From the NCBI GenBank assembly GCA_963752595.1, contig CAVVYZ010000020.1:160334-224333 (forward strand): a stretch of DNA of 64,000 bases. The letters run 5' to 3'. Shown piece after piece: positions 54,966 to 64,000 of the stretch. Within the stretch, counting starts at the first letter, position 1. The number at the start of each line of letters is the position of its first letter. The translations under genes and the position numbers were made by a program. A model generated the notes under the pieces. That model had not been told where the DNA came from. It saw nothing but the letters and a program-made list of their open reading frames with translations, and did no database searches. This stretch comes from an uncultured delta proteobacterium (GTDB taxonomy: Bacteria; Desulfobacterota; Desulfomonilia; UBA1062).

Positions 54966-57340
54966 ATGAAAGCGTTGAACCGCAAACTCCTGCGAGACCT
55001 CTGGAGCCTGAAGGGCCAGGCCTTTGCCATCACCCTGGTGGTCATAACCGGTGTCGGCCACCTTCATCATGTTCATCAGCACCATGGACTCGCTCAACCT
55101 CACGCGGCAGAAGTATTACCGGGACTTCAATTTTTCCGACGTCTTCGTGGACCTGAAGCGGGCGCCCGAGAGCCTGAAAAGCCAGATTGCCGGGATACCG
55201 GGCGTGAATATCGTCGAGACCCGCGTATCCGCAGAGGTCAAGCTCGACATTCCCAGGTTTTCCCGGAGCCGGTCATCGGAAAGCTGGTGTCCATACCCGA
55301 CAACGGCAAACCCCTCCTGAACAGGCTGTACCTCCGCAAAGGCAGGCTCGTGGACCCGACGAAGGACAATGAGGCCGTCATCAGCGAGACCTTTGCCGAG
55401 CGCCCACAACTTCAAGCTCGGCGATACCTTCGGGGCCATCATCAACGGCAGGTGGAAGACTCTTCACATCGTAGGCGTCGCCTTTCGCCCGGAATTCGTC
55501 CTGCAGATGCGGCCCGATGCCGTGAGCCCCGACTTCAAGCGCTACGGCATCCTCTGGATGGCCGCGAGACGCCCTGAGCCAGGCGTACGACATGGACGGC
55601 GCGTTCAACGATGTGGTCCTGACCATTTCGCCCGAGGCCGAACATCGAAGACGTCATCACCCGGCTCGACAACCTCCTCGACCGCTACGGCAGCCTCGGC
55701 GCCTACGGCCGGAAAGACCAGCTCTCGCACCGTCTCATGAGCGAGGAGTTCCGCCAGCTGAAAAGGAGCGCGGAGATCTTCCCCACCATCTTCATCCTGG
55801 TCTCGGCCTTTCTCCTCAATGTGGTCATCAGCCGCATCGTCAGCACCCAGCGGGAGCAGATCGCGGCCCTGAAAGCCTTCGGCTACAGCAACCTCCAGGT
55901 GGGCGTCCACTATGCGCAGCTGGTGATCCTCATCACCCTGGTCGGCGTGGCCATCGGCACAGGCTCGGGCATCTGGATGGGCAAGGGGCTGGGAGACGTC
56001 TACATGTCGGTATACCGCTTCCCTGTTCCTGCTCTACAGGCTCAGGTTCATCGTGGCAGGCTCTGCTGCACTGATCAGCCTCTCCTCAGCCCTGCTCGGC
56101 ACCGTGCATGCGGTGTGGAGGGCGGCCAGCCAGCCGCCTGCAGAGGCCTTACGGCCCGAGCCCCCTGCCCTGTACCGGAAATCCATTATCGAGAGGACCG
56201 GCATCGGCGCGCTTCCTCACCCAGCCCACGAAGATCATCGTGCGCAATATCGAGCGCAAACCCATGCGGTCGCTTTCTCACGATCCCTGGGCATTGCCAT
56301 TGCCTGTGCCACCATGCTCACGAGCGGGTTCTTCCAGGATGCGGTGAAGTACATCGTCAATGTCCAGTTCGTGTTTTCCCAGAAGGAGGACCTGTCCGTC
56401 TCCTTCACCGAACCCACCTCGGGCAGGGCGGTATATGACCTCATGGGCGTGCGCGGGCGTCGGTTATGCTGAAGGGTACCGGGTGGTGCCTGTCCGCTTC
56501 CGGAACGGCAACCGAACCTACAAGACCGTGATCAACGGCATCGAGCGCGGAAGCCGTCTGCGCCGTATCCTGGACGTGAACCTGAAAGCCCATACCCTGC
56601 CGCCCGAAGGCATCATCCTGACAGACTACTTCCGGGAGGTCCTGGGCATCAAGGCGGGCGATATGCTTTACGTCGAGATACTGGAGGGAAGCAAGCCCAT
56701 CCGCCAGGTGCCGGTCGTCGGATTTGTCCAGCAGTACATCGGGCTCATGGGCTTCATGGACCGCCATGCGCTCAACCGCATGATGCGTGAAGGCAATGCC
56801 GTCTCGGGCGCCTATCTCACGGCAGACCCGCTGTATAGGGATCGGCTCTACCGGGAGCTCATCGAGATGCCGCGTGTTGCGGGTACGGTCGTACGCAAGG
56901 ACGAGGTGAAGAATTTCTATGAAACCCAGGCCCGGGCCATGCTCTTCTTCACTTTCGTCGCCATGCTGATGTCCGGGGCCATCGCCTTCGGCGTAGTGTA
57001 CAACAGCATGCGCATCGCGCTCTCGGAGAGGAGCCGCGAGCTGTCGAGCCTGAGGGTGCTCGGCTACACGCGGGGCGAGATCTCCTACATACTTCTGGGC
57101 GAGCTCGGCCTGCTCACTCTGGCGGCCATCCCCATGGGGTTCGTCATCGGCAAGATCCTGTGCGCCTACATCGCCCGGGCACTCGGCTCGGACCTCTTCC
57201 GGATCCCGCTCGTCATAGAACCGAACACCTATTCCCTTGCAGCAACCGTTGTCCTCGTATCTGCCGTATTCTCAGGCCTGGTCGTGCGGCGCAGGCTGGA
57301 CCGACTGAACCTTGTCGAGGTTTTGAAAACCAAGGAGTGA
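54966..57340 (+). CDS. ABC transporter permease (duplicated FtsX/MacB domains), several frameshifts
   Basis: [36 protein letters not shown]. Confidence 0.88.
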
Positions 57341-57344
57341 GCTC

Positions 57345-58550
57345 ATGGATATTCAGAAAAAGAGACGCCTCGTCATAATTGCCGTTGCAGCCGTTGTCAT
57401 ACTGGCCGTCGCATACGGGTTCATGCCCAAGCCCGTGCCGGTGGATGCAGTGCAGGCAGCAAGAGGCACGCTCCGGGTCACGGTCGAGGAGCAGGGCAAG
57501 ACGAGTGTAAAAGACCGGTACGTGATCTCGGCCCCGGTCTCCGGATATATTCGACGCATCACCCTGAAAGCCGCAGACCCCGTAGAACAGGGCATGCCGG
57601 TTGCCTTTATCGAACCGGCCAGATCCCAGGCGCTGGACCCGCGGAGCCGCGCGGAGGCGGAAGCAGCAGTCGCCTCTGCGAAGGCGAACATGAAAGCGGC
57701 TCAACAGCAGGAGCGGGCCGCACGGGCGGATGCAGACTATGCGGCCGAGAGGCTTGACCGGTTCAAAGCCCTCTATGCGAAAAGGTCCATTGCGAAAGAC
57801 ACCCTCGACCAGGCATCTTCGGAAGCAAAGCGGGCAAATGCGGTCCACAGCTCTGCCAAGGCCCAGGCAGGCTCAGCCGGGGCAGAGCTCTCCAGGACAG
57901 AAAGGGTGCTGGAAAGCTACGGAGCCGGCAGGTCAGCCTCCTCACGCGACATCGTGGCCGTGCAGTCGCCCGTGAGCGGCCGGGTGCTGCGCCTTCTCCG
58001 GGAGAGCGAAGGTGCGGTGGATGCAGGCGAATCGCTCATGGAAGTCGGCAACCCGTACAACCTGGAGGTGCGGGTGGAGGTCCTCTCGTCTGATGCCGTG
58101 AAGATCGGAAAGGGAACACCTGTGCTCTTCGAGCATTGGGGAGGTGATGTGCCCCTGGCCGGTGTCGTAAGGGTAGTCGAACCCGGCGGGTTCACGAAGG
58201 TATCCAGCCTCGGCGTCGAAGAGCAGCGTGTCGTCGTCATCGTGGATTTCACCACGCCCCGCGAGGTCTGGGACACCCTCGGTGACGCGTACCGCCTGGA
58301 TGCGAGTTTCATCACATGGGAAGGCAGAGACGTGCTCCAGGTCCCGGCCGGCGCGGCCTTCCGCTCGGGCAAAGGATGGGCCGTGTTCGCGGTGGAGAAC
58401 AAAAGGGCCAGGCTCCGCTCCATACAGGCCGGACACAGCAACGGCCTGTCCACAGAGATCCTTTCCGGTCTGAAGCCAGGGGAACTGGTGATCACCCACC
58501 CGGACGACACCATCCGAGATGGTACGCGCGTTCAGCAGAACAAGACTTAA
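57345..58550 (+). CDS. Efflux periplasmic adaptor subunit (HlyD/MacA-like)
   Basis: N-terminal TM, ISAPVSG, SPVSGRVL, KVSSLGVEEQRV. Confidence 0.92.
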   Translation: MDIQKKRRLVIIAVAAVVILAVAYGFMPKPVPVDAVQAARGTLRVTVEEQGKTSVKDRYVISAPVSGYIRRITLKAADPVEQGMPVAFIEPARSQALDPRSRAEAEAAVASAKANMKAAQQQERAARADADYAAERLDRFKALYAKRSIAKDTLDQASSEAKRANAVHSSAKAQAGSAGAELSRTERVLESYGAGRSASSRDIVAVQSPVSGRVLRLLRESEGAVDAGESLMEVGNPYNLEVRVEVLSSDAVKIGKGTPVLFEHWGGDVPLAGVVRVVEPGGFTKVSSLGVEEQRVVVIVDFTTPREVWDTLGDAYRLDASFITWEGRDVLQVPAGAAFRSGKGWAVFAVENKRARLRSIQAGHSNGLSTEILSGLKPGELVITHPDDTIRDGTRVQQNKT

Positions 58551-58956
58551 AAAGGGAAAGAGAGCTGATAGAAGAACTTTATTTCTGTATTCTTAAGTGC
58601 CTGATGAAACGATACAAAGCGCACCACACGACCAATGCCGGCAAGCCCTAAAAAGATTCCGACCCATACAGATTCGGCATTGTATACCCTTGATTTTGCT
58701 ATTCATGGGCATATCTATATACCTAATGGTTCATACTATAATATTGTAATTCTATAAGCTTCACCTTCAGTCTTCTATCCTTCTGGTTTCGGCTTTATCA
58801 GCCCGCGCTCATGACGGTTGACTAAGCATACCGACAGCGGCTCTGCCCCCAGGGGCAACTGGGGCCGACGCAAATCCCACAAGGATCAAGGAAGTCCACG
58901 GCCCGACCTTGATGCTTGCGAAATTTCACCCACGGGCTGATCTTGGAGCAACTACT

Positions 58957-59307
58957 ATGGCGCAAAAAAGGAAGAGACCTAACAACAGGAATGGCCGCCG
59001 CCGCTACAGCAGCACTCGCCACAATGGTGGCGATCAAGAAAGGGCACAGAGCGTCTCGTCAATTGCCGCCGAGGCAATGCGCACCACAGCCGATCGCGTA
59101 GCGGAGAATACGATGGCCGCCGCCGATATCATGCACGAGCAGGCCGAGCAGTTGGTTGACGACCTGTACCGGCAGTCGGACTTCATGGCGCGGCAGGTCG
59201 AAAACTTTTTTGGCCGCTGGGTCAAATTGGTGACGCTGCCGACGCAAATGACCCGGGAGGCCGCCGCTAAATTAGAGGAAGTGCGAGAGGAGCAGCGGGC
59301 CGCATAG
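58957..59307 (+). CDS. Hypothetical helical protein, possibly phasin-like
   Basis: GGAG RBS; basic N-terminus, Ala/Glu/Gln-rich amphipathic helices. Confidence 0.55.
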   Translation: MAQKRKRPNNRNGRRRYSSTRHNGGDQERAQSVSSIAAEAMRTTADRVAENTMAAADIMHEQAEQLVDDLYRQSDFMARQVENFFGRWVKLVTLPTQMTREAAAKLEEVREEQRAA

Positions 59308-59375
59308 CCCAACACGGGGAGGGGTTTCATTCAGCATCGCTTCAGCTCAGCTGAAACGTCCTCAAGGGTAGATAA

Positions 59376-59573
59376 ATGCCGCCGAATAACCGCAGTCGGT
59401 CGTCGCGTCAGCGTTTGCCAACGGACCTGGAGGGACGCTACGGCAAAATAGGCATACCGGCAGTGGTAGCCGCTGCGCGGTATTCGAGCGACCGTAAGAG
59501 AGCGCGCCGCTCGATCAAAGACGCTGGCGGGGCCGCAGCCAATAAAGAACCAAGGAAGCTACCGAAGGAGTAA
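59376..59573 (+). CDS. Small hypothetical protein of alphaproteobacterial type
   Basis: DLEGRYGKIGIPAVVAAARY core. Confidence 0.55.
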   Translation: MPPNNRSRSSRQRLPTDLEGRYGKIGIPAVVAAARYSSDRKRARRSIKDAGGAAANKEPRKLPKE

Positions 59574-59700
59574 TCCTGAAACCTCTTGCCTCGTCAGGAT
59601 GGGGAGGTCGGCTGCTACCACGCCCCGGAGTGCGGCGCACTATGGATGGCCGGGTGCAGATAACTCGGGACTAAGGGCAGACCGCAATTGGACAGACCAG

Positions 59701-59880
59701 ATGCGATCCAAACGTCAAGCCGCATGGGAAACGGCCGCACGGTGCGCGACGCTGACAGAGGAAGCGGACGATCCCAACGAGCGCGAATATTATGCGCGCC
59801 TGCGAGATGCGTGGATCACGCTGGCGAAGAGATGTGAGTTCTTCAGCATTTCTGATGTGACAGACTCGGAGAAATTTTGA
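59701..59880 (+). CDS. Small helical-hairpin hypothetical protein
   Basis: AARCATLTEEADDPNEREYYARLRDAWITLAKR. Confidence 0.55.
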   Translation: MRSKRQAAWETAARCATLTEEADDPNEREYYARLRDAWITLAKRCEFFSISDVTDSEKF

Positions 59881-59960
59881 GCTGCCCACTCAATCGCACG
59901 CGATAGCCGGACCTGTCCCATGCCTTGAACTTCAGGCGCACGGGCGAAGACTCTGGACCC

Positions 59961-60052
59961 AAAAAGAAGCAAGACCCCGGCGGCTTCTGATTACGCCGGG
60001 GTCTCGCCGTCGGATGGGCTCCGGCTTCCGAAACAAGACCCATCCGGCTTGG
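59961..60052 (-). ncRNA. Candidate sRNA 1 (two hairpins, terminator)
   Basis: Stems CGGATGGG/CCCATCCG and AGACCCCGGCG/CGCCGGGGTCT followed by a U-rich tail on the minus strand. Confidence 0.55.
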
Positions 60053-60059
60053 TCCATGT

Positions 60060-60084
60060 AACGCTGGGGTGCGGCCCGCGTTCC
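60060..60084 (-). promoter_or_regulatory. EcfG/SigT-type promoter
   Basis: Minus strand GGAAC-N16-CGTT. Confidence 0.65.
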
Positions 60085-60089
60085 CTCGC

Positions 60090-60187
60090 AAAGAAAAGAC
60101 CCTGACCACCGGGGGAAAGTGGTCAGGGTCTCTATTTCGCCAGATGGGTCTTTGTCGGGGGCCAGAGAGGACGCCCATCCAGCCTGC
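60090..60187 (-). ncRNA. Candidate sRNA 2 (two hairpins, C-rich loops, terminator)
   Basis: Stems GATGGG/CCCATC and AGACCCTGACCAC/GTGGTCAGGGTCT; loops CCUCUCUGGCCCCC and UUUCCCCCG. Confidence 0.55.
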
Positions 60188-60606
60188 CGAAATAACGCCG
60201 GGGCGCGCAAAGCGTGAACACCCATGCCCTTCCGCCGTGCGACACCTGGGAAGAACAGGGGTCCAGAGGGAGCGGGCAATCCTTTCTGCGCCCTCTCCTA
60301 TCATCCGCAGCGCGGTCGGCTTGCTGCCGTTTTGCTGCCCACTAGGCGGCACGGCGCCATCGCACCCTATTTTAAAAGCGCAGGACCCAAATGCGAATTG
60401 ATTAGCGGTCCCCACCCCCGCGGAACCTGGAACGATTATGATTGTTAAGACAGCATCACTTCCCAGACTGAGCGGGCCTCGCTCGGAAGGGCGAGGCTTT
60501 GCTTTACCTCAAAGGTGATAGGAGCATCGTGACCAGCGATGACTGCATCACGATAAAAACCGATGTAATCCTCGTCCTTGTTCATCGCAGGTTCCCGCGC
60601 CGCATT

Positions 60607-60699
60607 TCACAGCAAAAGCAACAGCGCGACGCAAGCAGGCCCTACGCTGGCTATGGCAAGCGTCATAAAAGCGGTGGTCGCTTTTTCAGCGAGGGGCAC
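60607..60699 (-). CDS. Putative 30-aa hydrophobic peptide
   Basis: GGAGG RBS, GTG start, PLAEKATTAFMTLAIASVGPACVALLLLL; upstream GAAAC-N16-CGTT. Confidence 0.45.
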   Translation of the reverse strand: MPLAEKATTAFMTLAIASVGPACVALLLLL

Positions 60700-61244
60700 A
60701 GGTTCCTCCTGGTTCCTCTTGGACCCCGAACATAATAACGCGGTTAGCACGCACCGGTTTCCGGTTCCGCGATTGACGGGGACACTTACGGAGCTCGGCC
60801 GCCCGTTCAAGAAGTGATCGGCTTCATGAAAGCCCACATGCGCGACTTCTACCGGATCGCTCGTCCTATTTTGTGGCGGCGTTGTACAGCGCAGCTGGGG
60901 TGCTGACCGCGGCTCTGCTTGTTGAACTCTTCATTCGAGCACGGAGGCGGTTCAATCAAAGTGGGCGGACGGGGACAGCGCGCAAAACGCATAGCGGCGG
61001 CCGTCTCGCAATAACGCACTCATCGCCTAGGGGCGTATAAATTGCTCGAAAAAATTTTTGTTCACATCCATAGCAGCCCGTTCTATTGAAGCGGAGCAGA
61101 GTTCGTCCTGATCACCGCGCGGCCGCATAAGCCTCGCCGTGAAGAAAGTGATTGGTGCGTCGCACATCATTCCGATCCGGGAAGTCGGCGCCAAGTGGCC
61201 AAGCCGTGCCGAAATCGGAGTGAGGCCGGGTGGGAAGCCGCCGT

Positions 61245-61466
61245 CTAAATGAACCACGCTCCCCTCGTTAAAATCTCGGCCAGCAGGCGCAAGGCTTGGG
61301 CGAGGCCCCCCAGACCGAGGCCACCTGAGATCATTCCGATCGCGGCAGCGTAATGTCTCATAGGGACAGCCCTCTCAGAAACCAATACCGCAAGGCTCCC
61401 AATGCCAAGGCCCAACGTTATAAGGCCTGCGAAAGCGATCACATAGGCTAGGATAGTAGTGCGCAT
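61245..61466 (-). CDS. Small two-TM membrane protein
   Basis: GGAGG RBS; two hydrophobic stretches. Confidence 0.55.
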   Translation of the reverse strand: MRTTILAYVIAFAGLITLGLGIGSLAVLVSERAVPMRHYAAAIGMISGGLGLGGLAQALRLLAEILTRGAWFI

Positions 61467-61558
61467 GGGCGATCCTCCGAGTGCCATGAATATCGAGAGC
61501 CGAGAGTAACATGACGGAAGGCAAGGGGGCCCTTTGAGGGCGCGCAGTTGGACCGTTC

Positions 61559-61822
61559 ATGTCCGAGGGTCCGACGCGGGAAGGCGGAACCCCCTGGTCG
61601 GAGCGGCGTTGCCCCTCCGAACTGCTATTCCCGGAAGAGCGTTCCTTGTCATCCCTAAACGACCCAGAGAGCTTGCGCGTTCGTGCCAAGGAAACGCGCG
61701 CAATGGCGGAGCGCGAGACTGATGTCGCCGTCAAGCTAACGATGCTGACCATCGCTGCCGAGTATGAACAGTTGGCCCAACGCACGGAAGACTCGCGGTC
61801 GGGGACGATGCGGAAAGATTAG
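61559..61822 (+). CDS. Small helical-hairpin hypothetical protein
   Basis: NDPESLRVRAKETRAMAE..MLTIAAEYEQLAQR. Confidence 0.6.
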   Translation: MSEGPTREGGTPWSERRCPSELLFPEERSLSSLNDPESLRVRAKETRAMAERETDVAVKLTMLTIAAEYEQLAQRTEDSRSGTMRKD

Positions 61823-62131
61823 ACCTCAACTTTTCCGCCGGATGCGACTGCCTTCATTGTTTGGCCGGCGTGCGTCCGTGCGCGCGTAGTTCGCCGGCTA
61901 AAGCGCCCCTCCACAAGATAAGACCCCTATGCGAATGCTGCCCCGCAGGAACGGGCCGTCAGACGCCCGATGGCGATCGCGGCGAAGCCAAAGCCGCCAA
62001 GCGCATCAATCGCGACGATGAGCGTCGTATGCGTGGCTATGTTTTCCTCGGCTGCGGAACTAGACATCAGGCTGGGCCTTGGTAGCTGTTGAGGCTCCTT
62101 GATAGGGACGCTGATCCCAAGGGAGGGTCGC

Positions 62132-62680
62132 ATGGACGGCATAGTGAGCCCCGACTACGTGCGCGCTCGGTGGGCGTACTCTGAGTTGCTCTCCCTGGCG
62201 CACGGGCACTATTACGAGGGGGTTGGCGTTCCCGAGCTAAAGGAGAAGGCGCATCAAGAGGTGCCGTTCGAGGAGCTTGGTCGAGCCGAGCAGTACCTGC
62301 TGGTTGACCAGTTTGACCGAGTGAGGGGCCGCTACTTCAACCGATACCTAGTTGGCATCACGGCCTTCAAACTCGTGGATTGGGGCAAGGATGATCTAGC
62401 CGCCGTGTGCGTGATCTCCTACTTCGTCCGCGACGTTTCTAGCATCGAACACCTGAAAGTCAGCTTCAAAGATTGGATCGAGGCCGAGCCGGTGAGACCG
62501 CTTCACCAGGATCATGCTCGGTACGCCGCATACGGTGTTCCTCACTCCATGCGGGATGACCCGCTGACACTTGGGCAATACTCAGATGTGACAGCTTTGC
62601 TTGACGGATATCACCGCGCTGTGCGGTTCTGGCGGATACGGCGGCCTGCCGCAAGGCTCCAGGTCTATGTGCCTGTTTAA
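62132..62680 (+). CDS. Hypothetical protein with ParB/Srx-like DGxHR motif
   Basis: GGAGGG RBS; LLDGYHRA near the C-terminus. Confidence 0.6.
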   Translation: MDGIVSPDYVRARWAYSELLSLAHGHYYEGVGVPELKEKAHQEVPFEELGRAEQYLLVDQFDRVRGRYFNRYLVGITAFKLVDWGKDDLAAVCVISYFVRDVSSIEHLKVSFKDWIEAEPVRPLHQDHARYAAYGVPHSMRDDPLTLGQYSDVTALLDGYHRAVRFWRIRRPAARLQVYVPV

Positions 62681-62895
62681 CGCCGGTTGAGGTCTGAGAG
62701 GCACGCTTGGCCACCTCGATCTCAGCGGTCTCGCGCTCGCGCCGCTGCGCCTTCGGTGCCGCCGCGAGGCGCGGGAAGCGGAGGAGGATTGGGGTAGGGG
62801 CCCCGGCGCCCGCGCCTTTCACACGGCACTCTCGGCCGCGACCGGAATTCGTGCTAGGCGTCAGGCAGAAGACCACAGCATCGGAACAGAGAAGC

Positions 62896-63132
62896 ATGGC
62901 GTCGCGGCGAGAGAGGCGCGAATGGCGCTCCGAATTCAGAGGCCTAGGGACGCGGCAGGTCAGCGACCGGGAGCGCAGGTCAATCTGGCACAATGAAGAA
63001 AAGGCTCAGGAGGCGCGACGTTGGCTCCGGACGCAAGAGCGGCGTCCCTACCTGATGGGAGTAGCGATCGGCGCGCTCGCCACGTTAGTCGCTGCCATCG
63101 CCGCCGCCCTCGCTAGCGTCTGGTTCAAGTGA
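62896..63132 (+). CDS. Small protein with C-terminal TM anchor
   Basis: Charged N-terminus then LMGVAIGALATLVAAIAAALASVWFK. Confidence 0.5.
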   Translation: MASRRERREWRSEFRGLGTRQVSDRERRSIWHNEEKAQEARRWLRTQERRPYLMGVAIGALATLVAAIAAALASVWFK

Positions 63133-63875
63133 TGCAGGACGCAAGAGCTGCCGCGCCTGCGCGAGGTGATGGGCTTCAGGTCCGGGCCATCCTGGATATC
63201 AGCGCGCTTGCGAGCTCCTTAGCGGACAGGCCTCAACTGGCCATCAGGGTCACCAGTGTTCGCACGCGCCGGTGTCGAGCGTGCACGTGTGGGCACTTTG
63301 AACCACCAAGATCGCCACCCCTTTGCTGAGCGGGGTGCCGCGCTCGAGTTGTTCACGTCTGGATCGGGACCCCGAATACTCGGCGAATTTTGTTGTGTTC
63401 GTTGGCACCTGCATGCCGCCGATCCCGACGACGGCAGGAGCGACGCCGAAGCTGGTCACGGCGACGCCGATCGAGATCGATTGAGAGTTTCGGACGCCGA
63501 GACCTCTTGCTCGGCGCTTCGAAGCGGGGGCGCGCTGTCAACGGGTGGGACAGCGGCGCCCCTTCACGCTCCCTCTCCCCTTACAACGACCAGCGTTGGT
63601 ACAATGCCCTTTGGGCAGCGCTTGGACGGTCGTGGGACGTTCTGTGGGCGAGGCGACCTCGCCATCGATCACGAATCAGATTCTCTGGCGCGGCTGCGGT
63701 CGCGCTCCTGCATTATCGACGGGGATGGCGGTTGGTCGGCTGTGACGAGCGCGGCAAGCGGCGTTCGACCGTATCCGCTATCGCCGGAATGGTTGCGTGT
63801 TCCTGTAGGTCTTTGACTTGATCGAGTTCGAACGGGGGGACCATCTGCATTAGCTAAAACTTAACCTGACAGAGG

Positions 63876-64000
63876 TGTCCTGGTCCCCACGGCGAATTGC
63901 GAGCCGAGGCGGGGCGCGGAGCGGTCGGGGTGGCGAAGCGCCCCGCCTCGGCGCATTGGAGGACACCATGACGACTGAACAGAAGATCATCCGCGCCAAA
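63876..64000 (+). mobile_element. Left end of a probable IS481-family element (transposase starts at 63968, truncated by window end)
   Basis: TGTCCTGGTCCCC end; GGAGG RBS; MTTEQKIIRAK resembles IS481 transposase N-termini. Confidence 0.7.

Noticed and set aside
63129-63821. Overlapping ORFs before the IS481 end
   Set aside because: Arg/Ser/Gly-rich translations typical of non-coding GC-rich DNA; none can be supported.

Overview
Positions 1 to about 58.8 kb look like the chromosome of an anaerobic deltaproteobacterium-like organism (Thermodesulfobacteriota-type; taxonomy is inference). It opens with the 3' end of rpoC and the complete str, S10, spc and alpha ribosomal protein clusters (1-19.4 kb, no map gene), followed by an orphan ECF ATPase. 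The accessory region that follows contains a thiolase split by an IS21 element with a visible target duplication, a sigma54-driven PEP-CTERM gene, lepA-hemW, DUF362, a lipocalin-like lipoprotein, DUF6448 plus cupin, DUF3141, an OYE-type flavoprotein, two more IS21 remnants, two copies of a 148-bp MITE, a group II intron domain I relic, an ECF sigma factor with DUF3795, three ArnT-like glycosyltransferases and a MacAB-like exporter. The best candidate for a novel system is a sigma54-controlled envelope-tethering cassette (40.0-43.3 kb): an Lpp/OprI-like lipoprotein, a LysM-YkuD L,D-transpeptidase with a SPOR-like tail hidden by frameshifts, and a TPR/coiled-coil YafK/DpaA-like lipoprotein. At about 58.8 kb the sequence switches abruptly to GC-rich, alphaproteobacterial-style DNA (small hypothetical ORFs, EcfG-type promoters, tandem hairpin sRNA candidates, start of an IS481), suggesting a chimeric join or a foreign island. 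Indels in essential genes (tuf, rplB) indicate long-read errors, so most frameshifts cannot be read as pseudogenes.
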